Notes under the pieces: generated by a model | Told to the model about the DNA's origin: nothing | Databases searched by the model: none | The model's input: only the letters and a program-made list of their open reading frames with translations | DNA from: a plasmid | Length of the DNA: 64,000 nt | Direction: 5' to 3' (one strand) | Sequence record: OW967251.1 | In this document: positions 1-10,735 of the stretch, one piece after another | Layout of the letters: each line of letters starts with the position of its first letter | Numbering within the stretch: position 1 is the stretch's first letter | Program-made: the position numbers and the translations under genes

Positions 1-1116
1 CCGACTGACCTCGCGGATGTCAGTGGCTACACCTACACCTATCTCATGAACGGGCAGGCCCCGCTGAAAAACTGGACCGGACTGTTCCGTCCCGGTGAAA
101 AGATACGCTTACGGTTTATCAACGGCTCGGCAATGACCTATTTCGATATCCGTATCCCCGGGCTGAAAATGACGGTCGTGGCTGCAGATGGCCAGTATGT
201 AAACCCGGTTACCGTTGACGAATTCAGGATTGCCGTTGCCGAAACCTATGATGTCATTGTGGAGCCTCAGGGTGAGGCCTATACCATCTTCGCACAATCC
301 ATGGACAGGACCGGTTACGCTCGAGGGACACTGGCCACGAGAGAAGGGTTAAGTGCTGCCGTTCCCCCCCTCGATCCCCGTCCTCTGTTGACCATGGAAG
401 ATATGGGTATGGGGGGAATGGGACATGATATGGCAGGAATGGACCACAGCCAGATGGGAGGCATGGATAACAGCGGAGAGATGATGTCTATGGACGGTGC
501 TGACCTTCCGGATAGCGGGACATCCTCCGCGCCCATGGATCACAGCAGCATGGCCGGTATGGATCATTCCCGGATGGCCGGAATGCCGGGTATGCAAAGT
601 CATCCTGCGTCAGAAACGGATAACCCACTGGTTGATATGCAGGCGATGAGCGTCTCTCCGAAATTAAATGATCCGGGTATTGGTCTTCGAAATAACGGAA
701 GAAAGGTTCTCACGTACGCGGATTTGAAAAGCCGCTTTGAGGATCCTGACGGACGTGAACCTGGCCGTACCATAGAACTGCATTTAACCGGCCACATGGA
801 AAAGTTTGCCTGGTCATTTAACGGAATCAAGTTTTCAGATGCCGCACCGGTGCTGCTGAAATACGGTGAGCGGCTCAGGATCACGCTGATCAACGATACC
901 ATGATGACTCACCCCATTCACCTGCATGGTATGTGGAGCGATCTGGAAGATGAAAACGGTAATTTCATGGTTCGTAAACACACAATAGATGTTCCCCCTG
1001 GTACAAAACGCAGTTACAGAGTGACAGCAGATGCGCTTGGCCGCTGGGCGTATCACTGCCATTTGCTCTATCACATGGAAATGGGAATGTTTCGTGAAGT
1101 CCGGGTGGAGGAATGA
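1..1116 (+). CDS. pcoA: multicopper oxidase PcoA, C-terminal portion (5' end lies outside window)
   Basis: Frame is open from base 1. Contains the C-terminal type-1 copper site motif [12 protein letters not shown] and Met/His-rich MGGM/MDHS repeats typical of PcoA/CopA. Followed by pcoBCDRSE. Confidence 0.9.
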   Translation, partial: PTDLADVSGYTYTYLMNGQAPLKNWTGLFRPGEKIRLRFINGSAMTYFDIRIPGLKMTVVAADGQYVNPVTVDEFRIAVAETYDVIVEPQGEAYTIFAQSMDRTGYARGTLATREGLSAAVPPLDPRPLLTMEDMGMGGMGHDMAGMDHSQMGGMDNSGEMMSMDGADLPDSGTSSAPMDHSSMAGMDHSRMAGMPGMQSHPASETDNPLVDMQAMSVSPKLNDPGIGLRNNGRKVLTYADLKSRFEDPDGREPGRTIELHLTGHMEKFAWSFNGIKFSDAAPVLLKYGERLRITLINDTMMTHPIHLHGMWSDLEDENGNFMVRKHTIDVPPGTKRSYRVTADALGRWAYHCHLLYHMEMGMFREVRVEE

Positions 1117-2012
1117 TGCGAATGAAGAGAAATTTGAAGGCCATACCTGTTCTGGTCGCCGGTTTGTTTACCTCACAGCTTTCTATTGCGGCGGGCTCCG
1201 TCTCTGCAGATCCCCACGCCGGGCACGACATGTCTGCCATGCAGATGCCAGCAGATGAGAATTTCACTGAGATGACGTCAATGGAGCCCATTGTAACTGA
1301 GAGCAGAACGCCAATTCCGCCTGTTACCGATGCCGACCGGAAGGCTGCATTCGGCAATTTACAGGGGCATGCGATTCACGACAGTGCGATTAATTATCTG
1401 GTTCTGCTGGATCAACTGGAATGGCAACGGTCGGATAACACCAACAATTTCAGCTGGAGTGTTAACAGCTGGATTGGAGGCGACACAGATCGGATTTGGC
1501 TAAAGAGTGAAGGTGAACGAAGCAATGGGGAAACGGAGGCGGCTGAAGCGCAGTTACTCTGGGGACATGCGGTTGGCCCATGGTGGGATTTGGTTGCGGG
1601 TGTCAGGCAGGATTTCAGACCTGCTTCTGCCCGGACCTGGGCTGCTGTCGGTTTTCAGGGGCTGGCACTCTATAATTTTGAGTCTGAAATTACGGGTTTT
1701 GTCAGTAATGGCGGAAAAGCAGCCCTTCGTCTGGGAGGAGAATACGACGTTTTACTGACTAACCGGCTCATACTCCAGCCATCCTATGAGGTGAATTTCT
1801 ACAGTCAGGATGATGAATCGCGGGGTCGCGGCAGGGGACTGACTGACACAGAGCTGGGGCTCCGGCTGCGCTATGAAATACGCCGTGAGTTTGCACCCTA
1901 TATAGGCGTTTCCTGGAATCAACTTTACGGGAAAACATCCGATATGGCGAAAAGAGAAGGTGAGAAAGACCATCAGGTAGTATTCCTGGCGGGAGCCAGA
2001 ATCTGGTTTTAA
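1113..2012 (+). CDS. pcoB: copper resistance outer membrane protein PcoB
   Basis: Signal peptide [19 protein letters not shown], Met/His-rich N-terminal region and C-terminal beta-barrel-like sequence ending in F. ATGA overlap with the pcoA stop. Confidence 0.9.
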   Translation: MMRMKRNLKAIPVLVAGLFTSQLSIAAGSVSADPHAGHDMSAMQMPADENFTEMTSMEPIVTESRTPIPPVTDADRKAAFGNLQGHAIHDSAINYLVLLDQLEWQRSDNTNNFSWSVNSWIGGDTDRIWLKSEGERSNGETEAAEAQLLWGHAVGPWWDLVAGVRQDFRPASARTWAAVGFQGLALYNFESEITGFVSNGGKAALRLGGEYDVLLTNRLILQPSYEVNFYSQDDESRGRGRGLTDTELGLRLRYEIRREFAPYIGVSWNQLYGKTSDMAKREGEKDHQVVFLAGARIWF

Positions 2013-2051
2013 CGCACTGATATAAAACACTCAACTAAACAGGTAAATAAA

Positions 2052-2432
2052 ATGTCGATTTTAAATAAAGCCATTCTTACAGGTGGCCTCGTTATGGGCG
2101 TTGCTTTCTCTGCTATGGCCCATCCGGAATTAAAAAGCTCTGTGCCACAGGCTGATTCAGCCGTAGCGGCCCCGGAAAAGATTCAGCTTAATTTCTCGGA
2201 AAATCTGACCGTGAAATTCTCAGGTGCAAAATTAACGATGACGGGTATGAAAGGCATGTCATCACATTCTCCGATGCCGGTCGCGGCAAAAGTGGCGCCA
2301 GGCGCTGACCCTAAATCGATGGTCATTATTCCGCGAGAGCCTTTACCCGCTGGCACTTATCGTGTTGACTGGCGCGCGGTTTCTTCAGATACGCACCCTA
2401 TTACCGGTAATTACACCTTTACAGTGAAGTAA
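2052..2432 (+). CDS. pcoC: periplasmic copper-binding protein PcoC
   Basis: 126 aa with signal peptide and a Met-rich loop [13 protein letters not shown]. Classic PcoC/CopC size and position. Confidence 0.9.
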   Translation: MSILNKAILTGGLVMGVAFSAMAHPELKSSVPQADSAVAAPEKIQLNFSENLTVKFSGAKLTMTGMKGMSSHSPMPVAAKVAPGADPKSMVIIPREPLPAGTYRVDWRAVSSDTHPITGNYTFTVK

Positions 2433-2436
2433 TATT

Positions 2437-3366
2437 ATGAACGACCTGATTATGATTGTTATTCGTTTTCTTCTTTATCTGGATTTGATGGTAATATTTG
2501 GATTGCCATTTTTTCAGATATATGGAATAAGCGGTGTCAGACATGAAACCTATAACCTGACTAATTTCAGGTCGTTTATAACCTTTGCTGTTGTTACAGG
2601 CATCATTCTTACTGGCATTAATATGCTCCTGGTATCTAATGCCATGAGTGGAGTAACTGACCTCAGAGAATTATCCATCCATGTTATCGAGATGGTGATA
2701 GAAGAAACTGATGTGGGTATTAGCTGGATTGTCAGACTCTGTGCCCTGTTTACCACACTCGGTGCTTTGTTCCTTTACACTAATAAGAGAGTATTGTCCT
2801 GCCTGCTGATGACGATGAGTGGGGGCGTGGCGCTGGCTACACTTGCCTGGGGAGGACACGCCGTTATGCATGACGGTCTGCATTACTATCTCCATTTACT
2901 GAGCGATCTGACCCATCTCGGCGCTGCAGGTGCCTGGACAGGTGCTCTGGTTGCATTTGCTATCCTGCTGATGCGCAGAAACGAGCATAATGCACAGAGC
3001 GTCATTGTGATATCTGACTCCCTGGCAAAATTTGCCACGGCAGGAACGGTGATTGTTGTAGCCCTGATCCTGAGTGCGCTGGTCAACTATCTGTATATTG
3101 CTGAGGGTAACTTAACTCCCTTATTCAACAGTTCCTGGGGGAGGATATTGCTTGCCAAGACGGCTCTGTTTGTTCTGATGCTTCTTCTGGCTGCAGCAAA
3201 CCGGTTTCACCTGGGTCCCCGGCTTGAAGTTATGGTCAGGGAAGGGAATTATGATCGCAGCGTTGCCCTGATGCGAAACAGCATCCTGACAGAATTCGTT
3301 GTTGCGATTATCATTCTGGGCGCCGTAGCGTGGCTTGGAATGCTTGCTCCGTCTCAGATCAGCTAG
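2437..3366 (+). CDS. pcoD: inner membrane copper resistance protein PcoD
   Basis: 309 aa, highly hydrophobic with multiple TM segments. Immediately downstream of pcoC. Confidence 0.85.
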   Translation: MNDLIMIVIRFLLYLDLMVIFGLPFFQIYGISGVRHETYNLTNFRSFITFAVVTGIILTGINMLLVSNAMSGVTDLRELSIHVIEMVIEETDVGISWIVRLCALFTTLGALFLYTNKRVLSCLLMTMSGGVALATLAWGGHAVMHDGLHYYLHLLSDLTHLGAAGAWTGALVAFAILLMRRNEHNAQSVIVISDSLAKFATAGTVIVVALILSALVNYLYIAEGNLTPLFNSSWGRILLAKTALFVLMLLLAAANRFHLGPRLEVMVREGNYDRSVALMRNSILTEFVVAIIILGAVAWLGMLAPSQIS

Positions 3367-3420
3367 GGGACAGCCAAAGCTCATGCGTGAGATTTTTACT
3401 TTCATATCAGCGAGTTGACC

Positions 3421-4101
3421 ATGCAGCGTATTTTAATCGTTGAAGACGAACAAAAAACAGGTCGTTACCTGCAGCAGGGACTGGTTGAGGAAGGCTATCA
3501 GGCCGATCTCTTTAATAATGGCCGCGATGGTCTCGGGGCCGCGTCGAAGGGACAGTATGATTTGATAATACTGGACGTGATGCTGCCTTTCCTCGACGGG
3601 TGGCAAATCATCAGCGCACTGAGGGAGTCCGGGCACGAAGAACCGGTCCTGTTTTTAACCGCAAAGGACAACGTGCGGGACAAAGTGAAAGGACTGGAGC
3701 TTGGCGCAGATGACTACCTGATTAAGCCCTTTGATTTTACGGAGCTGGTTGCACGTGTAAGAACCCTACTGCGCCGGGCACGCTCGCAGGCCGCAACAGT
3801 CTGCACCATCGCCGATATGACCGTTGATATGGTGCGCCGGACCGTGATCCGTTCGGGGAAGAAGATCCATCTCACCGGTAAAGAATACGTTCTGCTTGAG
3901 TTGCTGCTGCAACGCACCGGAGAAGTGTTACCCAGGAGTCTTATCTCGTCCCTGGTCTGGAACATGAATTTTGACAGTGATACGAATGTGATTGATGTCG
4001 CCGTGAGACGTCTGAGAAGTAAAATTGATGATGACTTTGAGCCAAAACTGATCCATACCGTTCGCGGTGCCGGATATGTCCTGGAGATCAGAGAAGAGTG
4101 A
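3421..4101 (+). CDS. pcoR: OmpR-family response regulator PcoR
   Basis: [10 protein letters not shown] receiver-domain start, D-box, and a C-terminal winged-helix (TVRGAGYVL). ATG at 3421 is preferred over the TTG at 3415 used by the ORF track. Confidence 0.9.
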   Translation: MQRILIVEDEQKTGRYLQQGLVEEGYQADLFNNGRDGLGAASKGQYDLIILDVMLPFLDGWQIISALRESGHEEPVLFLTAKDNVRDKVKGLELGADDYLIKPFDFTELVARVRTLLRRARSQAATVCTIADMTVDMVRRTVIRSGKKIHLTGKEYVLLELLLQRTGEVLPRSLISSLVWNMNFDSDTNVIDVAVRRLRSKIDDDFEPKLIHTVRGAGYVLEIREE

Positions 4102-5498
4102 GGTTCAAAATTTCCCTGACCACACGCCTGAGCCTGATTTTTTCTGCGGTGATGCTTACGGTATGGTGGTTATCAAGTTTTATCCTGATTAGCACCCTGA
4201 ATGGCTATTTCGATAATCAGGACCGCGATTTTCTGACAGGTAAACTTCAGCTCACCGAAGAGTTTCTTAAAACAGAGACGTTCAGGAACAAAACGGATAT
4301 TAAGTCATTATCAGAAAAAATAAACGATGCGATGGTGGGGCACAATGGCTTATTCATTTCTATAAAAAACATGGAAAATGAAAAAATTGTTGAACTCTAT
4401 GCCAAAAATTCTGTTGTTCCAGCGGTCCTGCTTAATAAGTCGGGTGATATTCTCGACTATATGATCCAGACGGAAGAAAATAACACCGTGTACCGCAGTA
4501 TCTCGCGGCGGGTTGCCGTGACGCCGGAACAGGGTAAAAGCAAACATGTCATCATTACGGTTGCCACGGATACTGGGTATCACACCCTGTTTATGGACAA
4601 ACTCAGTACCTGGCTGTTCTGGTTCAATATCGGTCTGGTCTTTATTTCTGTTTTTCTGGGCTGGCTGACCACACGTATTGGTCTGAAACCGCTACGGGAA
4701 ATGACCAGTCTGGCTTCCTCCATGACCGTACACAGCCTGGATCAGCGTCTAAATCCCGATCTGGCTCCGCCGGAAATCTCTGAGACCATGCAGGAGTTCA
4801 ATAATATGTTTGATCGCCTGGAGGGGGCATTCCGGAAACTGTCAGATTTCTCGTCTGACATCGCGCATGAGCTGCGCACACCAGTCAGTAATCTGATGAT
4901 GCAGACGCAGTTTGCACTGGCTAAGGAAAGGGATGTTTCGCATTACCGCGAAATTTTATTCGCTAACCTGGAAGAACTGAAAAGGTTGTCACGAATGACC
5001 AGTGACATGCTTTTTCTGGCACGTTCAGAGCATGGTCTGCTGCGGCTGGATAAACATGATGTGGATCTGGCAGCCGAACTGAATGAATTACGTGAGTTGT
5101 TCGAGCCCCTGGCAGACGAAACAGGAAAGACAATCACGGTTGAAGGAGAGGGCGTTGTTGCCGGAGACAGCGATATGCTCCGACGTGCTTTCAGTAACCT
5201 GCTTTCCAATGCAATCAAGTATTCTCCCGATAACACCTGTACAGCGATACACATTGAGCGTGACAGTGACTGTGTGAACGTGATGATTACGAATACGATG
5301 TCCGGCCAGGTTCCCGCTAATCTGGAACGTTTGTTTGACCGGTTCTATCGCGCAGACTCATCAAGGTTCTACAACACGGAAGGCGCGGGGCTGGGATTAT
5401 CAATTACAAGGTCGATCATTCATGCTCACGGCGGCGAGCTGTCAGCAGAACAGCAGGGGCGGGAAATTGTGTTCAGTGTGCGTCTGTTAATGGATTAA
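4098..5498 (+). CDS. pcoS: sensor histidine kinase PcoS
   Basis: GTG start overlaps the pcoR stop. Two TM segments, an H-box ([10 protein letters not shown]) and G-box motifs (GLGLSI). Confidence 0.85.
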   Translation: MRFKISLTTRLSLIFSAVMLTVWWLSSFILISTLNGYFDNQDRDFLTGKLQLTEEFLKTETFRNKTDIKSLSEKINDAMVGHNGLFISIKNMENEKIVELYAKNSVVPAVLLNKSGDILDYMIQTEENNTVYRSISRRVAVTPEQGKSKHVIITVATDTGYHTLFMDKLSTWLFWFNIGLVFISVFLGWLTTRIGLKPLREMTSLASSMTVHSLDQRLNPDLAPPEISETMQEFNNMFDRLEGAFRKLSDFSSDIAHELRTPVSNLMMQTQFALAKERDVSHYREILFANLEELKRLSRMTSDMLFLARSEHGLLRLDKHDVDLAAELNELRELFEPLADETGKTITVEGEGVVAGDSDMLRRAFSNLLSNAIKYSPDNTCTAIHIERDSDCVNVMITNTMSGQVPANLERLFDRFYRADSSRFYNTEGAGLGLSITRSIIHAHGGELSAEQQGREIVFSVRLLMD

Positions 5499-5525
5499 TA
5501 CCGTTATTCAGGAGAAACCCGGAAG

Positions 5526-5541
5526 GTGACAAAAATGTCAT
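5526..5541. promoter_or_regulatory. candidate copper box (CusR/PcoR-type palindrome TGACAAAAATGTCAT) upstream of pcoE
   Basis: Inverted repeat GTGACAAAAATGTCAT lies about 175 bp upstream of the pcoE start. It resembles the TGACAA/TTGTCA half-sites of copper boxes. Assigned by resemblance only. Confidence 0.35.
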
Positions 5542-5714
5542 CGTTCAGTCACGCGATAAACAGAGGCGGTTTTTTATAATCAGCCATAAATCAGGACAGC
5601 GTGATAATTCAATCGCCCGGTTCCTGGCGTGATGATCAACCAGCCCTGAGATCAAATGCTTTCTCTGTTATAAGCCGTTGATTGTTTGGGTATGAAAACA
5701 CCGGAGACCCAACC

Positions 5715-6149
5715 ATGAAAAAGATCCTTGTATCATTTGTTGCCATTATGGCTGTCGCTTCATCCGCCATGGCTGCAGAGACAATGAACATGCATGACCA
5801 GGTAAATAATGCCCAGGCACCCGCCCATCAGATGCAGTCAACCTCTGAAAAAAGCGCTGTTCAGGGAGACAGTATGACAATGATGGATATGAGTGGTCAC
5901 GATCAGGCTGCAATGACCCATGAAATGATGCAAAACGGCAACGCTTCTGCCCATCAGGACATGGCTGAAATGCATAAAAAAATGATGAAATCCAAGCCAG
6001 CAGCTTCTAACGAAACAGCAAAATCATTTTCCGAAATGAACGAGCATGAGAAAGCCGCTGTTGTACACGAGAAGGCGAATAATGGTCAGTCTTCAGTGAT
6101 TCATCAGCAGCAGGCTGAAAAGCATCGCAGCCAGATCACCCAGAATTAA
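5715..6149 (+). CDS. pcoE: periplasmic copper-binding protein PcoE (SilE family)
   Basis: MKKILVSFVAIMAVASSAMA signal peptide followed by a His/Met-rich low-complexity sequence (HDQ, MxxM repeats). Start chosen at the MKK codon rather than the upstream ATG of the ORF track. Confidence 0.85.
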   Translation: MKKILVSFVAIMAVASSAMAAETMNMHDQVNNAQAPAHQMQSTSEKSAVQGDSMTMMDMSGHDQAAMTHEMMQNGNASAHQDMAEMHKKMMKSKPAASNETAKSFSEMNEHEKAAVVHEKANNGQSSVIHQQQAEKHRSQITQN

Positions 6150-6201
6150 CCCGCAGCTCCACTTGTCAGACCCTCATTTGACGCCGAAGTCACTGGCTTA
6201 C

Positions 6202-6226
6202 GCTCCCGCCGGGAGCGTTTTTTTTC
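6202..6226 (+). terminator. rho-independent terminator after pcoE
   Basis: GCTCCCGCCGGGAGC hairpin followed by a T8 run. Confidence 0.5.
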
Positions 6227-6591
6227 GTAATTAATAAGTGTCATCAAAAGCATCCATCACCATTATCATAATTGGCCCTGATCAAATAAAATTTAACTTA
6301 TGTTGCGCGAGAATTCAGTTCATGAAAAAAATATCAGTATCATATTGTTTTTAATTATTATTTTCGTTCCCGGTTATATCCTATATCCAGGGTTCATGCC
6401 GCGCCGTATCCTGAGACTGGCTGAGAATACGAATGATCGTAACCACCGAATGTGATGACACAAAATAGATCATGTGCTGTTCCACCGGCAGCGAGCAGAT
6501 ATTGTCTCCCAGCTCCGCGCGATGCGTGCCTATGTCATGCATGGCCAGAACGTCAAACACCGCTGCTATACTGTTACCAACGGTGCAAAAC

Positions 6592-8316
6592 TGGGTCTTC
6601 CGCAACTTAGGTGGAGTTGTTTAAGCCAGAGGGCTCATGACTCGTCGTCGCAGTAACTCGAAGCCAGCTCGACCGTACATCTGCCGTTTCAGCATCTTCA
6701 GGCGGTTTACATGGCCTTCCACAACGCCATTACTCCATCTGCTGCTTATCGCTTCGTGTATTGCTGTTGCATCCGCTTCCATACCGGCCGCAACACGCTG
6801 AAGGTCAATGAGCCCACTTTGACTGACGTCAGAGAACCATTGATTTAACTGCGATTTATTCTTCGTTTTCAACATTCGATAGAAGTCGAGCGACAGCTGT
6901 TGCGCCATTTTCAGTTGCGGTTCTTTCTGGCACATCGATTCGATGAAGCGGGATGCATAGTTTTCTTCTCCTCTGATCATTCGCCAGGGCATTAACCAGC
7001 GGCTTACTCTGGATGCTGAGGGGAGTCGAACTGGGGCGATAACGGGACTGTTAACCTGCTTACGCCACTTAGCCACAGCATCCCTGACCGTCGTTTCGCT
7101 CCCGGTGAAGCCAGCATTTACCATCTCCCGCCATAGCTGCCCGGCATTATGGTTACCGTTTATCCGTTGTTCTTCCAGCCATTCCTGCCATGGTTCAAGT
7201 AACCCGGGTCTGGGTGGCTTAGTTGATATTTCAGGGAACGCTTTTGACTGTATCCACCGGCGAACCGTCACCCGGGACAGTCCGGTGATACGCGATATTT
7301 CTCTTATCCCACAACCCTTTTTATGAAGAGAGTCTACCTCAGCCCAGCGCTGATACCGTTTGTCACGTTGCTCTCGTTTAATACGTTCAGGGCGACGTAA
7401 CGTTGACGTTGGCACCAAAGACGCTTCAGCATTCTGTTTTTTGGGGGGATAACTCGGTGGCCACCAGTCGTATCAATGGCATGTGTCTGTACATCATGCG
7501 CTCCAGCGCATCACCAATATTCTTCAGCAGATGCCAGCGATCGGCCACCTGTATTGCCTGCGGTGCACCATCGCGAGCAGCTAACGCATAGATCCCCCCA
7601 CGATCGCGTGAGACGACCTGTATTTCTGGGTATTTTTTGAACCATGCCGCCAGAGTGCGTTGCTCCCGGCCTGGCAGTAACACCAGGGGGCGATGGGTAT
7701 CAAGATTTACGATCAGTGTGCCGTACCTGTGGCCCCGATGCCATGCCCACTCGTCAATACCAACATGCCTGGTCCGGTTCTCTGTTTGTTCCGGAGCTTG
7801 AACCACTCTGCGCAGTAAAGTATCCGCGCTGATCTGTATTCCTGAAGCTACTGCAGCTCGTCTCCCTGCTTCACCACCTGCGATAAGCCCCAGCTGATGC
7901 TGCAGATTTTTCAGCAATGCAGAAGACTGCTGCTGCGGGCCTGCAAAGGGAGCAAGCGATTCAGCAAAAATTTTACGTGAACAGGAAGGGTTACGACAGT
8001 ACCAGTGCCGGATGGCGAAGACTAACCAGAGGGCCTGGCCTGAGCATGGAAGATGCTGTACTCGCCTCCGCCGGCAACTATGAACAGAATGACTGTGCGT
8101 GAGGCACTCAGGACATGATGCCGTTTTACGTGTGGCGCGGAGATGGAGGGTTATTCCATCAGTACCAGTAATCTGTCGGCAGGTTTGCCACCCGCGCGGT
8201 AGCTGTAAAAGTCTCTTAAGTGAGGCCATTTTGTTATACATAACTTAAAACAGCTTAGATCCTTGTTAACTAAAAAGTTTCATCAATTTTTGTCCACCTA
8301 AGTTGCGGAAGACCCA
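6592..8316 (-). mobile_element. ISL3-family insertion sequence (about 1.7 kb) with a disrupted transposase
   Basis: Perfect 24-bp terminal inverted repeats TGGGTCTTCCGCAACTTAGGTGGA at 6592-6615 and, reverse-complemented, at 8293-8316. They enclose two consecutive minus-strand ORFs with ISL3-type transposase sequence. No matching target-site duplication was found. Confidence 0.75.
6621..8241 (-). pseudogene. ISL3-family transposase split into two ORFs (7426..8241 N-terminal part, 6621..7418 C-terminal part)
   Basis: Total about 536 aa, split between 7418 and 7426. N-terminal zinc-ribbon/HTH region and C-terminal DDE region typical of ISL3 transposases. Could instead be a sequencing error. Confidence 0.65.
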
Positions 8317-8812
8317 CTTTTTACCCGTTGTTGACAGCGGAGCACACCTTAACCCCGTGGTAAGCCTGATTTTTTATCTGATCGGGGCCTGCTCTTTCAG
8401 GGCAACCATGAATTACATCGTGGCTCAGTTGTTAGGGGCCGGCGCTGCTGCACTGTGCCTGAAGGCTGTCTTTGGCCACTCCCTGCTGGCCGGGGTGACC
8501 CGGGTCCATATGGGGGTATCACTGTACAATGCCTTTTTCATCGAAGGTGTCATGACTTTTATTCTGATTATGAGCATCCTAACGACCAGAAACCCCGCGA
8601 TTATCAGCATTGCTGTTTTTCTTGATGCTTTTATTGGCGGGCCGCTGACGGGGGCAAGCATGAACCCGGCCCGTAGCTTCGGGCCGGCATTGGCCATGGG
8701 ATACTGGGATAATCAGTGGCTGTACTGGGCCGCTCCGCTGTCTGGCGGGCTTGCAGCTGTTGCGTGCTGCCAGCTGTTTATGCCGCAACTGAAGTCACCC
8801 TCACCGGAATAA
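8317..8812 (+). pseudogene. MIP-family aquaglyceroporin (AqpS/GlpF-like) lacking its N-terminal ~55 residues
   Basis: Both MIP signature boxes are present (SGAHLNPVVS and SMNPARSFGPA), but the first box sits only ~15 aa from the ISL3 right IR. The ORF-track start lies inside the IS inverted repeat. No N-terminal continuation was found on the other side of the IS. Confidence 0.6.
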
Positions 8813-8828
8813 AGTCCCTTCCAGGACA

Positions 8829-8862
8829 GAATGCCTCTGATGAACAGAGGCATTCTTTTTTT
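8829..8862. terminator. bidirectional rho-independent terminator between the aquaporin fragment and the convergent GNAT gene
   Basis: GAATGCCTCTG/CAGAGGCATTC hairpin followed by T7. Confidence 0.45.
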
Positions 8863-9389
8863 CAGCAACCCACTGTCCGGCTACGCCTTTCCAGAATGAG
8901 AACATCTCTCCATTTTCCGTTCATTTCACCCACATTTTCCCGGCAGCCGACTTCCCTGAATCCCTGGCTGCGATGTAAAGCAACACTGGCCTGGTTTTCC
9001 GGAAAGATGCCAGCAAGTAGCGTCCAGAAACCCGCACTTTCCGAGCCCTTTATCAGCCCGGAGAGCAAAGCCCTGCCCGCGCCTTTTCCCTGAAAATGAG
9101 TACTGACATAAATGCTCAGCTCTGCGACACCGCGGTATGCATGCCGGCGGGAAAAAGGAGATAGCGCAGCCCATCCCACCACTCTGTTATCAACAGTGGC
9201 GACGTAGCGGCAGTCCTGAAGATGCCCTTCATTCCATTCCAGCCACTCAGGTGCTGCGGTCTGAAAGGTGGCGTTCCCTGTTGCAATTCCTTCCTGATAA
9301 ATTTCCCTGACTGCACACCAGTCCTCTTCGTGCATTTTTCTAATGATGATCTCTGCCATTTCTCTGTACCGTATGTTTGCTGTATTCAT
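8862..9389 (-). CDS. GNAT N-acetyltransferase, phosphinothricin-acetyltransferase/ArsN1-like
   Basis: 175 aa. PAT-family motifs (RHAYRGVAE, QGKGAGRALL, WRDVLILER) are shared with the second GNAT at 13616. Located in an ars context. Confidence 0.6.
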   Translation of the reverse strand: MNTANIRYREMAEIIIRKMHEEDWCAVREIYQEGIATGNATFQTAAPEWLEWNEGHLQDCRYVATVDNRVVGWAALSPFSRRHAYRGVAELSIYVSTHFQGKGAGRALLSGLIKGSESAGFWTLLAGIFPENQASVALHRSQGFREVGCRENVGEMNGKWRDVLILERRSRTVGC

Positions 9390-9690
9390 AGGCAGTCAGA
9401 AAACGAGCCTGCCTGGGCTTCCCGGCGGCGGGACATAATGCGCCCGTCAGCAAAGGATGAAGGTCATTTTATTTTTAGCGGGAATCGGTTTCTACTGTGA
9501 CGGATTCATATGCATTTTTCCATATATATTGTGACGTACCTCATTTCTGAGAGGTATAAACACCGATCATGTTTTCTCCATGCCGCGTAAGTGTAAGGCC
9601 CCGGAGATGGAGTCATATTATGGACGTGGTTGCGCTCACTATATATTTCTATTATTCTGGAAATATAGAAATAAAATTACGAGGAATGGG

Positions 9691-10017
9691 ATGGAGCTGA
9701 AAATCGCCGCGATGGTGCTGAAAGAACTTGGCCACACCACTCGTCTCGATATTTACAAAACACTCGTTAAGGCCGGACGTCAGGGACTGCCCGTGGGGGA
9801 ACTGCAGCAACATCTCGCCATTCCGGCCTCGACCCTGAGTCATCATCTTTCATCGCTGATATCCGTCTCACTGGTTCGCCAGGAAAGGCAGGGGAGAACA
9901 CTGTTCTGCCACGCCTGTTATGACAACCTTGCTGCATTGATTGCCTTTCTGACAGAAGAGTGCTGTGCAGACGAATATGCCCCGCCTGGTTTTATGTCAC
10001 CACCGGAGAAAAAATGA
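9691..10017 (+). CDS. arsR: ArsR/SmtB-family metalloregulator, atypical (no CVC in the DNA-binding helix; C-terminal Cys cluster)
   Basis: HTH ArsR fold ([13 protein letters not shown]...LSHHLSSL). Cysteines sit near the C-terminus (CHACYD, EECCADE) rather than in the ELCVCD position. RBS AGGAA lies before the ATG at 9691. The ORF-track start at 9580 is probably spurious. Confidence 0.7.
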   Translation: MELKIAAMVLKELGHTTRLDIYKTLVKAGRQGLPVGELQQHLAIPASTLSHHLSSLISVSLVRQERQGRTLFCHACYDNLAALIAFLTEECCADEYAPPGFMSPPEKK

Positions 10018-10727
10018 TTGCTGAACTGAAAAATGTTGTTCCTGAGCTGTTTGATACAGGTCGCACCGGGGTCCGCCTGGGTGTAAAGACAGTTGACCAT
10101 CCTCCCCGGATCCTGATGTTGTACGGTTCCGTTCGAGAGCGGTCCTACAGCCGTCTGGCCACCGAAGAGGCTGCCCGGCTTCTTACCGCCATGGGTGCGG
10201 ATGTCCGCATCTTTAATCCTTCCGGTCTCCCTCTGCCGGATGATGCAGCGGATACGCATCCCAGGGTTATGGAACTTCGCGAAATGGTGCGCTGGTCTGA
10301 AGGGATGGTATGGTGCTCTCCTGAACGTCATGGTGCGATGACCGGCATTATGAAAGCCCAGATTGACTGGATACCACTATCAGAGGGCGCAGTACGCCCT
10401 TCTCAGGGAAAAACCCTGGCCGTCATGCAGGTCTGCGGAGGCTCCCAGTCTTTCAATGCGGTAAACCAGATGCGTATTCTTGGCCGCTGGATGCGAATGA
10501 TTACTATACCTAATCAATCCTCGGTAGCGAAAGCCTGGCAGGAGTTTGATGAAGACGGACGGATGAAACCATCCCCGTACTACGACCGTATTGTGGATGT
10601 AATGGAAGAGCTGATGAAGTTTACCCTGCTGACCCGGGAGTATGCAGCGTATCTCGTCGATCGCTACAGTGAACGTAAAGAGTCGGCAGAAGCACTTTCC
10701 CGGCGGGTGAATCAGAGCAAAATCTGA
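10014..10727 (+). CDS. arsH: NADPH-dependent FMN reductase ArsH (organoarsenical oxidase)
   Basis: Conserved [15 protein letters not shown] and [12 protein letters not shown] motifs of ArsH. ATGA overlap with the arsR stop. Confidence 0.85.
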   Translation: MIAELKNVVPELFDTGRTGVRLGVKTVDHPPRILMLYGSVRERSYSRLATEEAARLLTAMGADVRIFNPSGLPLPDDAADTHPRVMELREMVRWSEGMVWCSPERHGAMTGIMKAQIDWIPLSEGAVRPSQGKTLAVMQVCGGSQSFNAVNQMRILGRWMRMITIPNQSSVAKAWQEFDEDGRMKPSPYYDRIVDVMEELMKFTLLTREYAAYLVDRYSERKESAEALSRRVNQSKI

Positions 10728-10735
10728 GGGCTGGT

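Noticed and set aside
8716-9174. Plus-strand ORF 8716..9093 and minus-strand ORF 8926..9174 overlapping the GNAT gene
   Set aside because: Alternative frames of the 8862..9389 GNAT gene. Only the GNAT frame shows conserved acetyltransferase motifs.
9580-9690. N-terminal extension of arsR in the ORF track (MPRKCKAPEMESYYGRG...)
   Set aside because: No RBS at 9580. A good AGGAA-N6-ATG lies at 9691 and the ArsR fold begins there. The upstream part is AT-rich promoter-like DNA.
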